Virus record (IMG/VR): IMGVR_UViG_3300032289_002472
Span: 32,001 to 96,000 of that record
From: a virus
Strand: one strand, 5' to 3'
DNA: 64,000 nt
Below the pieces are notes generated by a model. That model made no database searches. It had not been told where the DNA came from and was given only the letters and a program-made list of their open reading frames with translations. This document shows positions 1 to 10,508 of this stretch, piece after piece. The position numbers and the translations under genes are program-made. Each line of letters begins with the position of its first letter. Position 1 is the first letter of the stretch.

Positions 1-2756
1 CCATCGCCATCGCCACCAGGAGCACCATTTAGATTAATATAACCAGCATTTCCTCCAGGCTCTATAGCGGAACTGTAGGCCACCGCATCCCCTCCCTTCA
101 TGAAAAGAGATCCATTTGTGCCACCTGTTAACACCTCACCAGTGTTTGTGTTTGTAGTAGTTCTACCCATCGAAATGTTGATGGCGTTAGTATTTGTCAG
201 CCAAGTCGCTCCGAGACCGAGGTTGGTGCGGGTGGTTGCAGCGCCATTAGTGTTATTTTGACTAAAACTTATTGCACCCTGTCCAGCCAGAGTAGTTCCT
301 ATTTCAAGCCCAGTCGCAGTAATCGCAACCGGAAAACCCAAAACTCCAATCCCAAACCTCATCCTTGTTGATGGATTTGTTAATACACTTATCTCAGCAA
401 TGTCAGACCCAGCAGCAGAAATAAAAGACAGTCTTCCATACTCACCAAGACGAAGACCGTTAAATGTCACATTGTCAGTTCCTCCAAGACCAAGGTTGGT
501 TCGGGTCATAGCCTTGTATGACGGCATGTCCGGACCTACGGGATCAGTCACATTTAAAGGCATTCGAAAATCCCAAGTTCCTGAAGACCAACTTGCCACT
601 ATTGAATAGATAGACGGGCCTCCAGTGACGATGTATTTGTTTGTCGTAAACATATCGTTCTGAAATGCCTCGCGGGTAGTGTTCGTAAGCCATGACGCCC
701 CTAGACCGAGGTTGGTGCGGGTAGCGGCAGCATTATTTGTTGTCTCAAAAGATATTGGAACACCAAACTTAAACTCATCTCTACTGATACTTGCTATATT
801 TAAGTTACCATTCTGTAATAATATTCTTGGAGTATATATTGGCTGTCCAGATATTGATCCGTTAAAATAGCTAGTGCCCTTGAATGATATAGTTTTATTT
901 GTTTCTGCAAACTGCCCAGTATTAAAATTAATAAATGGTTCTGTGCCACCAGGACTATCATAAGTTATGTTTAAATTAATATCACGTGCTTCAATCTTTT
1001 GTAATACAGAATTTGGAGCCTCAAAATACCTTTCTGTATTTGTGGTATTTCCAATATACCTCCACCTGGCACCCCATACTCTCGATCCACTAGAGTGAAA
1101 ACTCCATTCGTCAGTTCCTGTGCCAGTACCTGCGGCACTATCCTTGATAAATCCACTATTAGTTTGACCAAGAGTTAAAGTATAAGTAGTTGAACCGAAT
1201 TGCTGAGCAAACCCTAAGTGCATTTTACTAAAAGTAACGTCACTTGAGTTACCCAAACCAAGATTAGTACGAGTAATCCCAGCACCAGTTGAATTAGTAG
1301 AAGCAAATGAAATTGCACCATTTGACCCAATCATTTCTATTCCTGGAGAATAAAATTTACCAGTACCGTCCATTTCGGAAATAACTTGATTACCAAGAAG
1401 AGTAAATTGAATTCTATTGTTAGTGCCCCCCCTTATAGCAAGAGTAGTGGTACCCATTGCATAAGCGTCTCCTTGAATAGCATTTGTAAAAAAAATGCTG
1501 CCAAATGTAACAGAACTTGATGTCCCTAATCCGATGTCGCTTCTAAAGTTCGTGACATTGTTGTTTGTCAACCATGCGGCACCCAAGCCAAGATTAGTGC
1601 GAGTAATTGCGGCACCTGTTCCTGAAAATTGTAAAGGTATGTTGCTTCCTAATTCTATAGAGGTTGGAAACATACTCATTACAGCAATTCCACCAGAAAC
1701 AGCGGTCAATCTTTCTGGGTCAGATATTGAGAAAAATCCTCTAGTTGCGGCTCCAATACTAATTCCAAGGTTTGTAAGACGCCCGCCTGTGACAGTTAAG
1801 TTAGAAAATGAAACAGAAGTTGCTGAATTAAAGCCAAGATTAACTCTAGTACTTTCAGCAATCTCTGGAGTAAAAAAATTAATTGGAGCAAAAGCTGTTA
1901 TTTGATTAGTGGACCAAGAAAGTGCCAAAGAGCCTCCATCAAGTAATCCACCCTGCTCTAAAGAAACTCCTTTATTCCAACCACTAATACCCGTCTCATC
2001 CAAAGTTGATTTATTGGCTGTGTTACTGTTGCTGGCAGTGACACTTAAAAAAGTCATGCTGTTAGTGACTCCCAACCCGAGATTCGTACGAGTAGGGCCA
2101 GCATCATTAAAAGTAATAGATCCTCCTACACCAATATTTAGAGTGGTTGCAGAAAATTCCGTTGCGGTAATTGGACCATTTGTGCCTATTGCCAGCGTAT
2201 TACCTTTATTGTTTATATACAGAATGTCTGTTGATGTAGCTCTATATAAACCTACATCATTTGTTCCAAGCTGAATTGCGTTTGCGGAAGAACTTCCAGA
2301 AGAAACAAGCAAAGTATTAAAGTTAACATTATCGGAAGAACTAAGACCCAAATTTACTTTTGCGCCACTAACGTTAGTTGCTCCCGTTCCTCCACTAGAA
2401 ATTGATAATGTGCCCGATACGTTTGTTGAACTTGTTGGAAGGTTAATAAAATTAGATCCATCGAGCGGAGACCAAGTAACTGGCGAAAGAGACGTTAGTC
2501 TGTAGAAGAGTCCTGTATCTCGAGCATACCCAAGAGAACCTATTTCCAGCCTGGAAGGTGGAATACTTGCCAAACCAGTTAAATCTGCTGCAGTAAATGG
2601 TCCACCCTTGATTTCATTTGCGATAGCCGTCGGAAATGTGTCCTGAACGGCAAAAGGACGTATTGGAGCCGTGACAAGGGTTCCGCCCTGATTGTTCTGA
2701 GCAGATACCGTGCTAACCAACAGCAAGGTTAATAAACTTAATAATCTTAATTTCAT
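1..2756 (-). CDS. Long RTNLGLG-repeat fibre/adhesin-like protein with signal peptide (3' end beyond the window; missing from the ORF track)
   Basis: ATG at 2756 reads MKLRLLSLLTLLLVSTVSAQNNQGG...NEIKGGPFTAADLTGLASIPPSRLEIGSLGYARDTGLFYRLTSLSPVTWSPLDGSNFIN; the same frame reads ...NGAPGGDGD at the left edge; recurrent (T/V)RTNLGLG modules. The + strand PRPRLVRV ORFs are its antisense shadow. Confidence 0.8.
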   Translation of the reverse strand, partial: MKLRLLSLLTLLLVSTVSAQNNQGGTLVTAPIRPFAVQDTFPTAIANEIKGGPFTAADLTGLASIPPSRLEIGSLGYARDTGLFYRLTSLSPVTWSPLDGSNFINLPTSSTNVSGTLSISSGGTGATNVSGAKVNLGLSSSDNVNFNTLLVSSGSSSANAIQLGTNDVGLYRATSTDILYINNKGNTLAIGTNGPITATEFSATTLNIGVGGSITFNDAGPTRTNLGLGVTNSMTFLSVTASNSNTANKSTLDETGISGWNKGVSLEQGGLLDGGSLALSWSTNQITAFAPINFFTPEIAESTRVNLGFNSATSVSFSNLTVTGGRLTNLGISIGAATRGFFSISDPERLTAVSGGIAVMSMFPTSIELGSNIPLQFSGTGAAITRTNLGLGAAWLTNNNVTNFRSDIGLGTSSSVTFGSIFFTNAIQGDAYAMGTTTLAIRGGTNNRIQFTLLGNQVISEMDGTGKFYSPGIEMIGSNGAISFASTNSTGAGITRTNLGLGNSSDVTFSKMHLGFAQQFGSTTYTLTLGQTNSGFIKDSAAGTGTGTDEWSFHSSGSRVWGARWRYIGNTTNTERYFEAPNSVLQKIEARDINLNITYDSPGGTEPFINFNTGQFAETNKTISFKGTSYFNGSISGQPIYTPRILLQNGNLNIASISRDEFKFGVPISFETTNNAAATRTNLGLGASWLTNTTREAFQNDMFTTNKYIVTGGPSIYSIVASWSSGTWDFRMPLNVTDPVGPDMPSYKAMTRTNLGLGGTDNVTFNGLRLGEYGRLSFISAAGSDIAEISVLTNPSTRMRFGIGVLGFPVAITATGLEIGTTLAGQGAISFSQNNTNGAATTRTNLGLGATWLTNTNAINISMGRTTTNTNTGEVLTGGTNGSLFMKGGDAVAYSSAIEPGGNAGYINLNGAPGGDGD

Positions 2757-2759
2757 CGT

Positions 2760-4610
2760 TTAGTTAATTGTAATGGGTATGTTTGATCCAAACTGGATGT
2801 CGGTACTTCTATAAATATAGAACTGAGAAACATTACCCCTAGCATTAGTATAAGAAACTTGTGTATTTGTCCAAGCTGTATTTGGTGCATTATTTACAAT
2901 AAACGATGCTGTACCCCAGCTGACTGGGTACGCAAAGTAAATATATTGTCCACTACCAGAAATGCTTACACTTTTTCCTTTGCTATCCCTAAATTCTCTG
3001 CCTGCTCCTACGCCTGAACTTGTATGAAGATTTCTTATCTGGCTATTATCAAGAGTAGGAGTTGATGCAATCCCCCAAGATAAATAATGCCTAAATGCTA
3101 TTGATGTTTGAGCAGTTACGGTTGATCCTGGTAACCCTGTTCCATCATTTACAGTAAGAGTCCAAGTTGTATCAGTAGTAAATGGAGTATTTGGGAATCC
3201 AATAGGCCCAGGAATGAATGCTGTAGTCGTTCTACTATTAGTATTTATGGGGTTAAATGTTCCCTGAGAGGCAGAAATTGATTGTGAGGCTACTGGAGTG
3301 TTCGTGGGGGAAATTGACCACGACAAACTCACACTCATTATCGTTGAACCAATTTCAACGGTACCAGTCGTATTGCCAAACGAAACTGATGGAGCAACAC
3401 GAGTGAATAGCCCAAAGACATAAGCCCTAGTTGCCGCATCGTTATCATTTACTGGTGTAGCTAAGTTTGTAATTCTTTGCCCTTGAGCATTTAATGAATT
3501 TGAGTTGAATAATGCCTCTTGGAAGCCTGCAGCATTCGTGTTTGTAAGCCCACTCCACCTCAAGCCAAGATTTGTTCTAGTAGCGTTTGCGGCTGGCGCT
3601 AAAGTTCCGGCAGGAATTGGCGCAGCTGCGTTGAATGAAATTCCACTTGAAGATAAAGTAACGCCATCACTTGTCACAACACCAAGTGAACCGTTTGTAG
3701 AAATTGAATACCCATCTCCAACAGTAACCGCCTTAAAGTTTACGTTATTTGTTTCCCCAAGTTCTATTCCAATCCTAAAAAATAATGGATTAGTGTTGGT
3801 AAGGACATTCCAACCCAAACTTAAGTTTGTTCTTGTCTTAGCTGCCGAATCAGTACTAAATTGAATTCCAAATTCTGGATCAATAGTTATACCATCCCAC
3901 ACACTAGAGTTTAGTGTGACCGCACGAAAAGTAACACGATTGCTTTGCCCCAGCCCCAAATTTGATCTAGCTGTAGATACGTCTTGAGCTCCAGTTCCAC
4001 CATTTGCTAAGCTAATTGGATATGTAACTGCTGGATTAGTTCCAGACCCTGGGACATTGATAAAGTTTGACCCATCAATTGAAGCCCACGTCACTGGAGA
4101 AGTAGAGGTAAGTCTATAATATAATCCAGGAGATGTGGCATATCCAAGTGCGCCTACAGTAAGCCTTTCAACAGCAATGTTAGATAAACCCGCCAAATTC
4201 GACGAAGTAAATGGCCCACCTTTTATTTCATTGGAGTCTAACTGAAGAGCAGTCTTGAAAGAAGATGCATTCGAGTTAGTCAATCCACTCCAGGAGAGTC
4301 CGAGGTTAGAACGAGCTGTATCTGCATTGGTCGCACCCGTTCCACCGTTTAATAGTGATACTACCCCATTTGTGGATAGCTTTTGATTTAAAGCTGTTTG
4401 TAAGCCTGTAACATTACTAATAGTAATATTACTTATGGAAATGTTACTTAAGTTTAAAAATGGGGCTATACCAGTAGCTAAGATGTTGGCATTTGAGGTA
4501 GTCAAGAAACTTGATCTAACTTCATCATTGCCATCCAAGATATATTTAATGCTTTGTCCATACAGAAGATTGGGCAAAATGATTAAAAGGGCCAACGTTA
4601 ACTTACGCAT
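2760..4610 (-). CDS. RTNLGLG-repeat fibre/adhesin-like protein with signal peptide
   Basis: MRKLTLALLIILPNLLYG leader; GGTGAT..ARSNLGL and TRTNLGL repeats; RITNLATPVNDNDAATRAYV fibre/adhesin neck motif; beta-rich C-terminal domain. Confidence 0.75.
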   Translation of the reverse strand: MRKLTLALLIILPNLLYGQSIKYILDGNDEVRSSFLTTSNANILATGIAPFLNLSNISISNITISNVTGLQTALNQKLSTNGVVSLLNGGTGATNADTARSNLGLSWSGLTNSNASSFKTALQLDSNEIKGGPFTSSNLAGLSNIAVERLTVGALGYATSPGLYYRLTSTSPVTWASIDGSNFINVPGSGTNPAVTYPISLANGGTGAQDVSTARSNLGLGQSNRVTFRAVTLNSSVWDGITIDPEFGIQFSTDSAAKTRTNLSLGWNVLTNTNPLFFRIGIELGETNNVNFKAVTVGDGYSISTNGSLGVVTSDGVTLSSSGISFNAAAPIPAGTLAPAANATRTNLGLRWSGLTNTNAAGFQEALFNSNSLNAQGQRITNLATPVNDNDAATRAYVFGLFTRVAPSVSFGNTTGTVEIGSTIMSVSLSWSISPTNTPVASQSISASQGTFNPINTNSRTTTAFIPGPIGFPNTPFTTDTTWTLTVNDGTGLPGSTVTAQTSIAFRHYLSWGIASTPTLDNSQIRNLHTSSGVGAGREFRDSKGKSVSISGSGQYIYFAYPVSWGTASFIVNNAPNTAWTNTQVSYTNARGNVSQFYIYRSTDIQFGSNIPITIN

Positions 4611-4945
4611 ATTAACTAATGGTATATTTTATTAAATAAACGAGCAAGCAAGTAATAGTATAATTGTCTGGTAGCTAAAAAAAACTATTTATTGTTTCCC
4701 AAGAACTTTGCGAGCTCCTTCTTAATTGGTAGCTCATCAGAGATCATTGCCATCTTTTCCTGAATTGTATTAATTACGGCATTTATACTGTTGGTCATCA
4801 TCTGACTTCCCTCATTTAATTGTTGTTGCATGCTTTTCAGGTCAGCAGAAGACAGTCCTTCTTGTTTTTTTTCTTTTTTCATACGTTTTGTGATGTTGCA
4901 GCAGCTGGGGTTGGAACCCAATACTGCTGCAAAATCAATAAGTGG

Positions 4946-5857
4946 TCAAGGAATCGATTTTATTTTTTTGATTACGCTTTTGAAGTTACCTCCAGCATAA
5001 GCAATGACATCGTTGCAGATGCAAAAAATCATTTCAATTTCTTTTATAATATCTTTAATATCAGTCTGTTGTCTTTCAGATAGATCCGAACTAGTCTTTT
5101 CAAGAAGCTTGGCTACCACCACAGATAACATCTGTGCTGCACCCTCTAACTCGTGAAGATACTTAACCGTCACTGGATTATCAAACTCTAAGACGATTCC
5201 AGGTGGTGTACCACTGGCTTCAAACAATTGGCGTTCATTAAACTCTGAAAGAATATGGTGCATACTTGTTAATACAGATAATGCTCCATAAATCAATTCA
5301 TGCTCCTTCATTTCTTCGGCAAAGTAATTAAACCCAAGAAACTGCTGAAGAAGATGAGCTGCCGCAGTATTGGCTCCGACACAGTGTTCGACAATCCTTA
5401 TCTGTGGATCGACCACAGGAAAATCTAAACCTTTAATGTAAGAAATTGTGGATTTAAAAAGCTCTGATTCGAATGAATAGAAATTTTCTGTCGCAACTTC
5501 CTCGCCTAAAACAGTTGGCTTTAGTTCATCATCAAACAGCACAAGATCATCGTCATCCAGAATTAAAAGAAAGTCTTCTACCTCTTTGATGATGTTCTCA
5601 ACCTTACTTAAATATTGAATATTATCTAACGTTTCTGGACCAACTAACTCTCCCCATCCAACGCCCATTTTTTCTTCTAGGGCCGTCAAGAAAGCATCAA
5701 AATCTTCGACCATGAACATTGGTATATCTACCAATAAATCTGTGGTCCAGTTAATGAAGCTTGATGCTGGTGGCGTAGATGGGAATGTTTCGTCAACCGT
5801 TGTCTTGATCAGCTCCAGTATCTCTGGGCGTGTCATTATCCCCGTGCTGTTGTTCAT
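4946..5857 (-). CDS. Acidic hypothetical protein; N-terminus weakly resembles an acyl-carrier-protein fold
   Basis: 303-aa ORF in the operon direction; TTDLLVDI...FLTALEEKMGV...IQYLSKVENII has ACP-like spacing but no DSL serine. Confidence 0.55.
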   Translation of the reverse strand: MNNSTGIMTRPEILELIKTTVDETFPSTPPASSFINWTTDLLVDIPMFMVEDFDAFLTALEEKMGVGWGELVGPETLDNIQYLSKVENIIKEVEDFLLILDDDDLVLFDDELKPTVLGEEVATENFYSFESELFKSTISYIKGLDFPVVDPQIRIVEHCVGANTAAAHLLQQFLGFNYFAEEMKEHELIYGALSVLTSMHHILSEFNERQLFEASGTPPGIVLEFDNPVTVKYLHELEGAAQMLSVVVAKLLEKTSSDLSERQQTDIKDIIKEIEMIFCICNDVIAYAGGNFKSVIKKIKSIP

Positions 5858-6104
5858 TGCGTATTTCTTGGTGCCTTAGTGTGCGTTTGTTATATCTATC
5901 TACTTCGTTCTGAACAGCTGCTACAATTTGAATTACTTCCGGTTCGTCGGCGACGATATTTTTATTGTCTTCGTCGACCATAGACCAGCTAGTCATCTTT
6001 CCATCTTCTCCTACAAAATCTATATATCGATAGGTTTTGTCTGAAAAGCTAACCTCGTACTCTTCCTCAATAAGGGTACGTACCGTTTTTGATTTAATTT
6101 CCAT
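5793..6104 (-). CDS. Hypothetical protein
   Basis: ORF coupled to its neighbours. Confidence 0.55.
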   Translation of the reverse strand: MEIKSKTVRTLIEEEYEVSFSDKTYRYIDFVGEDGKMTSWSMVDEDNKNIVADEPEVIQIVAAVQNEVDRYNKRTLRHQEIRNEQQHGDNDTPRDTGADQDNG

Positions 6105-6394
6105 TATGTGTGTGCTTCTAAGTATGTGCGAGTTCTAGCTGCATCGCGTTCATATTCTATCCAGCTGTCGTGCAGCCGTTGCTCTGTTTGATAGTATGCT
6201 ATTTTTTCTGCTAATGTTTGTTTGTCTTGTTCAAAGCTAGATTGATTGCCAAACATTAACTTTGCCAAACTTTGGCCAATTTCAAATTCGCGCTCGACTA
6301 TTTCTTGCGCAACTTTAATTGCCAATGCATTTTTTCCTGCCATCTCTCCCAAGCCTGACTTGATGGCATCCACCAATAGATTGGATTTGTTCAT
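6104..6394 (-). CDS. Hypothetical protein
   Basis: ORF whose stop overlaps the next start. Confidence 0.6.
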   Translation of the reverse strand: MNKSNLLVDAIKSGLGEMAGKNALAIKVAQEIVEREFEIGQSLAKLMFGNQSSFEQDKQTLAEKIAYYQTEQRLHDSWIEYERDAARTRTYLEAHT

Positions 6395-6501
6395 TTATAT
6401 TTTATTATAGTTTGTAACGAACAGCGTGGATTAGTTAAAAAATATTTATAAGTAGTTTTATACCATAACCATACAATTAGTCAACAAACAATAATAAAAT
6501 A

Positions 6502-6681
6502 TTATTGTTCGTTGTCGGGGGGTTCGTCGTCTCTGACGGCGACGAACCACCCCAAACAAGTCAATGCCTCTTGAGCAGCATCCTCGTAACTAGACGCCTC
6601 AACCATAAAAATATGGTTGGGATCATCTTCGTTAACGACCCTATACTCCTTTATGGTCGTTCCTTGTTGCCCTGATGCCAT
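6502..6681 (-). CDS. Small hypothetical protein (59 aa, below the track cut-off)
   Basis: MASGQQGTTIKEYRVVNEDDPNHIFMVEASSYEDAAQEALTCLGWFVAVRDDEPPDNEQ* read manually. Confidence 0.5.
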   Translation of the reverse strand: MASGQQGTTIKEYRVVNEDDPNHIFMVEASSYEDAAQEALTCLGWFVAVRDDEPPDNEQ

Positions 6682-6896
6682 TGGAATATTTCATTCATTG
6701 CGGTAGAGCGGATTTGCTCTGCCACAAAAAATGCAGCTAAACTTTGACGAAGCTTGTCAACCTCTACTGGAAGCTGGGGGCCTCTTTCTATGGTTGACTT
6801 TAGGCTTTTTATTTTCCTTTTGAGAAGGAGATTTTCTTTTTTGAGATCTATTTTTTGAGCCTTGACCTTTTGAGGCTTTGTTTTTGTGCTTGGCAT
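6651..6896 (-). CDS. Basic coiled-coil hypothetical protein
   Basis: ORF in the operon direction. Confidence 0.55.
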   Translation of the reverse strand: MPSTKTKPQKVKAQKIDLKKENLLLKRKIKSLKSTIERGPQLPVEVDKLRQSLAAFFVAEQIRSTAMNEIFQWHQGNKERP

Positions 6897-6919
6897 TTTT
6901 AGAATTAATTTTGATAAGA

Positions 6920-7573
6920 TTAATTAGCTGTTAATATTGGTTTATCCGACTTTCTCCAAAAGCCTTGAATGCTTAACCTTGGTTCCGTCATGGAATTACT
7001 GCACATAGTTGTAGCATGCCAAACTGGTGGCACAAACCAACATAGCTGATTGTGTACAGGACACACCCATTTTCCATTAACTAAGCCTGGGGTCCCGCTA
7101 TATAAAAATAAACCACCCCAATCTGGGCTCCAGTTTTTATTAAGATATATTGTTGTAGTAAGCTCCTCCCACTCGGAGTTATGAATATCGTCATGCCAAT
7201 TTATCTGGCTGCCTGGCTCCCAAACATGCAAGAATAAGCTGTAAGGATAATACCCCTCAAACTGCGGAAGATTTTTCCAAACCTTCTCCTGAATTGTTTC
7301 GGCATATTCGTCAAGGGGAAGCATATACACAGGACCAAAGGATCCTTTCGCCAACCCCTTACCCCAGAATCCATAATGATTAATCCTGAAGGATGCTTTG
7401 TCTTTGGAAGCTTCGTATTTTTTAATTATAGAGTCTATGGTAGATCCATCCAAAAAATTGGGGATAAGATTTACCAATTCATCTTGATTTAACTCAGTTT
7501 CGGGCGCTTTATTCTCAATAGTAGAATTTTTAAGTTCGTCCAAAGCTTGTTGTATTTCTTCTAGTGTCTTCAT
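6920..7573 (-). CDS. 2OG-Fe(II) oxygenase (prolyl-hydroxylase-like)
   Basis: INWHDD (HxD), TIYLNKNWSPDWGG, VWHAT (distal His), RLSIQGFW (RxS). Confidence 0.85.
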   Translation of the reverse strand: MKTLEEIQQALDELKNSTIENKAPETELNQDELVNLIPNFLDGSTIDSIIKKYEASKDKASFRINHYGFWGKGLAKGSFGPVYMLPLDEYAETIQEKVWKNLPQFEGYYPYSLFLHVWEPGSQINWHDDIHNSEWEELTTTIYLNKNWSPDWGGLFLYSGTPGLVNGKWVCPVHNQLCWFVPPVWHATTMCSNSMTEPRLSIQGFWRKSDKPILTAN

Positions 7574-7873
7574 TTAATTTGTTTCCATATCTAACATTGC
7601 GGCTTTTAATGCTCTGCCTAGAGCAATTTTATTTCCAATCTTTCTGTTGTAGTTGTCTTTTTGACTGCAATACGATGCACCTACATACTCAATTCCTTCG
7701 GGTGAGCGCAACTCTATTCTTGTAAATTTATACGCTAACTCCAAAAACTCTAGGGGGTGTGTTTCATCAACATCACCATGAATTACCCGAACCTTCCATC
7801 CAAGCTTTCTTAAATCGTGAATGCTTGGATCATACGAAATAAATTGATGGTATTTGTGTACTAACTTTTCCAT
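7574..7873 (-). CDS. Conserved phage hypothetical protein
   Basis: CSQKDNYNRKIG..IALGRA motif, seen often in phage small proteins. Confidence 0.6.
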   Translation of the reverse strand: MEKLVHKYHQFISYDPSIHDLRKLGWKVRVIHGDVDETHPLEFLELAYKFTRIELRSPEGIEYVGASYCSQKDNYNRKIGNKIALGRALKAAMLDMETN

Positions 7874-7883
7874 ACGGGCATTG

Positions 7884-8219
7884 CTATTGAGTAGGGTTTA
7901 CGGTTTCGCTAAAGACTTTTTTGTCTTCATTTGTCCAAAGAGACATGAATTCTGATATATACTCTCGTGTACTATGAGCAAGTTTATTTTCTTCATTTTG
8001 TTCGTAATAAATAGACTGACACAGCTTCCAGGCTGCCTCCTGGTATTGACCTAATTTATACTCCAATTCATCAACCCCATGACAAAGAGTTTCATTGTTG
8101 TCTTTAGTAAGTCCCAAAAGCTTTTTGAGCTTTTGGTTTTCTTCTCGAAGTTGCTCAACCCTATTTTTATGAATTTCAATCGTGTCAGCAAACTGCTGAT
8201 AAGATGCTATTAGGCTCAT
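7884..8219 (-). CDS. Coiled-coil hypothetical protein
   Basis: ORF coupled by an ATGA overlap. Confidence 0.55.
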   Translation of the reverse strand: MSLIASYQQFADTIEIHKNRVEQLREENQKLKKLLGLTKDNNETLCHGVDELEYKLGQYQEAAWKLCQSIYYEQNEENKLAHSTREYISEFMSLWTNEDKKVFSETVNPTQ

Positions 8220-8387
8220 TGTTGATTTTTATATTTGTTATATGTTTTGTGTAGTTTTTCGCAATCTTCATACCATTGCCCCTTTGCCCAGACAGGCATG
8301 TATTCATCGATACCAAGATTACACCAGGCCATAACTATAGAAAGTACTTCTAGAAGCTCTTCTTTTTCCTTTTTTAATTTTTGTATT

Positions 8388-8636
8388 TCAGAGTTCATTA
8401 TCTAGTTTGAGCCCATTATACATGACCTCTTGCCTCAAAAATTCTCTAACCTTTTCTAATGCATGTGCTGGGGTTGTCAATGAATCAAGCTTTACCCCAT
8501 CAGCAGAGTTATAGTGCAACATATTCCTAATCCATTGATCTACCTCTTGGACCACCGAATACCATTTGAATGCATCAATACACAGTCTGTAATCACTTTC
8601 TTCTGTGGGCAGTTCGAATTCTAGTTTAGCTTTCAT
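8388..8636 (-). CDS. Conserved phage hypothetical protein
   Basis: MKAKLEFELP.E start typical of a widespread small phage family. Confidence 0.6.
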   Translation of the reverse strand: MKAKLEFELPTEESDYRLCIDAFKWYSVVQEVDQWIRNMLHYNSADGVKLDSLTTPAHALEKVREFLRQEVMYNGLKLDNEL

Positions 8637-9468
8637 TGTTTGTATACGTAGTTGAATTCAACATTGTTTTCAACATTTAGATATCCCATTTTTGCCAAAG
8701 CTTTTTCATCCTTAGTTGAATTATCGTAAGGATTTAGGGCCATGTTAATTTCTTTGTGTGTCTTTATCTTTGGTATCGCAATTTGCGATAGCTCAAGCTC
8801 TATGGGTTGCCCCAAAGAGAGAGTTGCGTAAACAATTAAAAACTTCATTTGGCTTTAGTGAACTCAACGTTTATCCACCATCCCTCTGGAAGTTCTCTTG
8901 TTTGATCTTTATCAAACAATCGAATGCTTGTTATACCCATTCTTACCAAATCTTTAATGGTTAGGTTTTGATCCAACTCCATTGTTTCGGCATGTTTGTT
9001 TTTAAATAACAGCTTCATCTTAATATTTAATGTTGTTTACCCAAGATACTTCAAACAAGTATCCCATCCATGTAATTCCGCATTTACCCCCAACCTCCAT
9101 ACAGTAACCATCAAATCTAGGAACATATTTCTTATCGGGAAACGGCCAAAGGCCAAAGTTGTATTTGTTGAAAAGAAACCAATTGAAGTAGGGGCAACAA
9201 GGACAGTTTTTTTTACGGGATTTTTTCATTTAGTTCTTTCTGTATTCTTTCTATGCGTTTGAGGAAAAAATCTACTTCTTTATATTTTTTGAAATAGATT
9301 GGTTTGCGTATTTTACTTTCTCTATAAACACACCAGACTTTTTTGGGAGCAGGACCACAACAGTCATAATCATCTGAACCAAATAAATATTCATCCGAAT
9401 TGTCAATTCGTTCTATTACATAACTACCAACTTGTTTTTTGTTTAATATCTTTTTTTTAGCTACCATC

Positions 9469-10146
9469 TTAAGAAAAGGGGGTGTTGCCAGAAGCATCAT
9501 GCCTGTCTGGAGAAAACCATTCTTTCTGCCTCATCTCTGCATGTATCTCTCCATAGCTTAGTGGGCTAGGAGCCTTCTCTATAGATACCTCTCTGTTATA
9601 TCCTTTCAGGATATAGAGATGTCCTACCTCACTTCGGCTAAGAGATCCATGCACATGCGAAAACAGCATCCAGGAGCCCTTGCCTTGCCCATTCCAAGAC
9701 AGAATAGGGTAATGGCTCATTACGATGGGCTGACCATTTACATAGGCTTCTAGGTAGTTAGGAACAAAGATTAGTTCCCCGCCGTGAGATGCCCTATAAA
9801 CATTCTGGTCAACTGACTCAAACAATTGTTTCCAGCCAGCCTGGTGATTCCCTGGCATAATATAGATCCTGGAATATTGAAGATTCTCAGCCAAAAACAA
9901 TAAATCGTTTGTGGCATTCCTTCCAAAAACTACATCCCCCAGTAGAAAACCAATGGTCTCATGACTGGCTTTATTGTTCCAGTTTTGAACTATTGCTAGG
10001 TCATGCTCTTCTGAGCTATTGAATCCACGCATTTTCCAAATGGGATTTTCCCACGAAGGATTGTGCTTATAATGAAGACATCCCCAGAATAGAACTTGAT
10101 GATTTTTAGCTGTCTCTTTTACTGGACTATAGAAGAGAGATTTCAT
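9469..10146 (-). CDS. Calcineurin-like metallophosphoesterase
   Basis: GCLHYKH, LLGDV, MPGNH, MSHYP, FSHVHG motifs. Confidence 0.85.
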   Translation of the reverse strand: MKSLFYSPVKETAKNHQVLFWGCLHYKHNPSWENPIWKMRGFNSSEEHDLAIVQNWNNKASHETIGFLLGDVVFGRNATNDLLFLAENLQYSRIYIMPGNHQAGWKQLFESVDQNVYRASHGGELIFVPNYLEAYVNGQPIVMSHYPILSWNGQGKGSWMLFSHVHGSLSRSEVGHLYILKGYNREVSIEKAPSPLSYGEIHAEMRQKEWFSPDRHDASGNTPFS

Positions 10147-10508
10147 ACTTCTTTTATTGATAAATCAGGGTTTTCAAAAATGTTGCCCACAACTTCTATA
10201 GTCTCGGGCATAATTTTATCTAGTATTTGAAACTGATGCTTTGTTCCAAAATAGAATCCAGCATATTCTTCATCATAGAATACTTCTTGGTTTCCCCACT
10301 GGACAACGTCTACATCACTACTGTCTATCGTATAGTCACAAGAAAATGTAATGAGGTCACCTTCATAGACATCTTTTCCATTTTTATCTATGAGCCCCGT
10401 GAACTGTTGAATAATTCCTGGAATACCTGAATTGGTTCCTTCGTAGATATCAAAGTATTTAAATTGCCTGCTAAAGGTCAACCAAACTCTAAATTTTAGT
10501 TTTCTCAT
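10143..10508 (-). CDS. YopX family protein
   Basis: KFRVW...QFTGLIDKNGKDVYEGDL...EVVGNIFENPDL. Confidence 0.9.
   Translation of the reverse strand: MRKLKFRVWLTFSRQFKYFDIYEGTNSGIPGIIQQFTGLIDKNGKDVYEGDLITFSCDYTIDSSDVDVVQWGNQEVFYDEEYAGFYFGTKHQFQILDKIMPETIEVVGNIFENPDLSIKEV

Noticed and set aside
400-2274. + strand ORFs with PRPRLVRV repeats
   Set aside because: Antisense shadows of the minus-strand RTNLGLG-repeat gene starting at 2756.
6514-6553. Hairpin ggttcgtcg/cgacgaacc as a terminator
   Set aside because: Lies inside a plausible 59-aa ORF (6502-6681) and has no U-tract.
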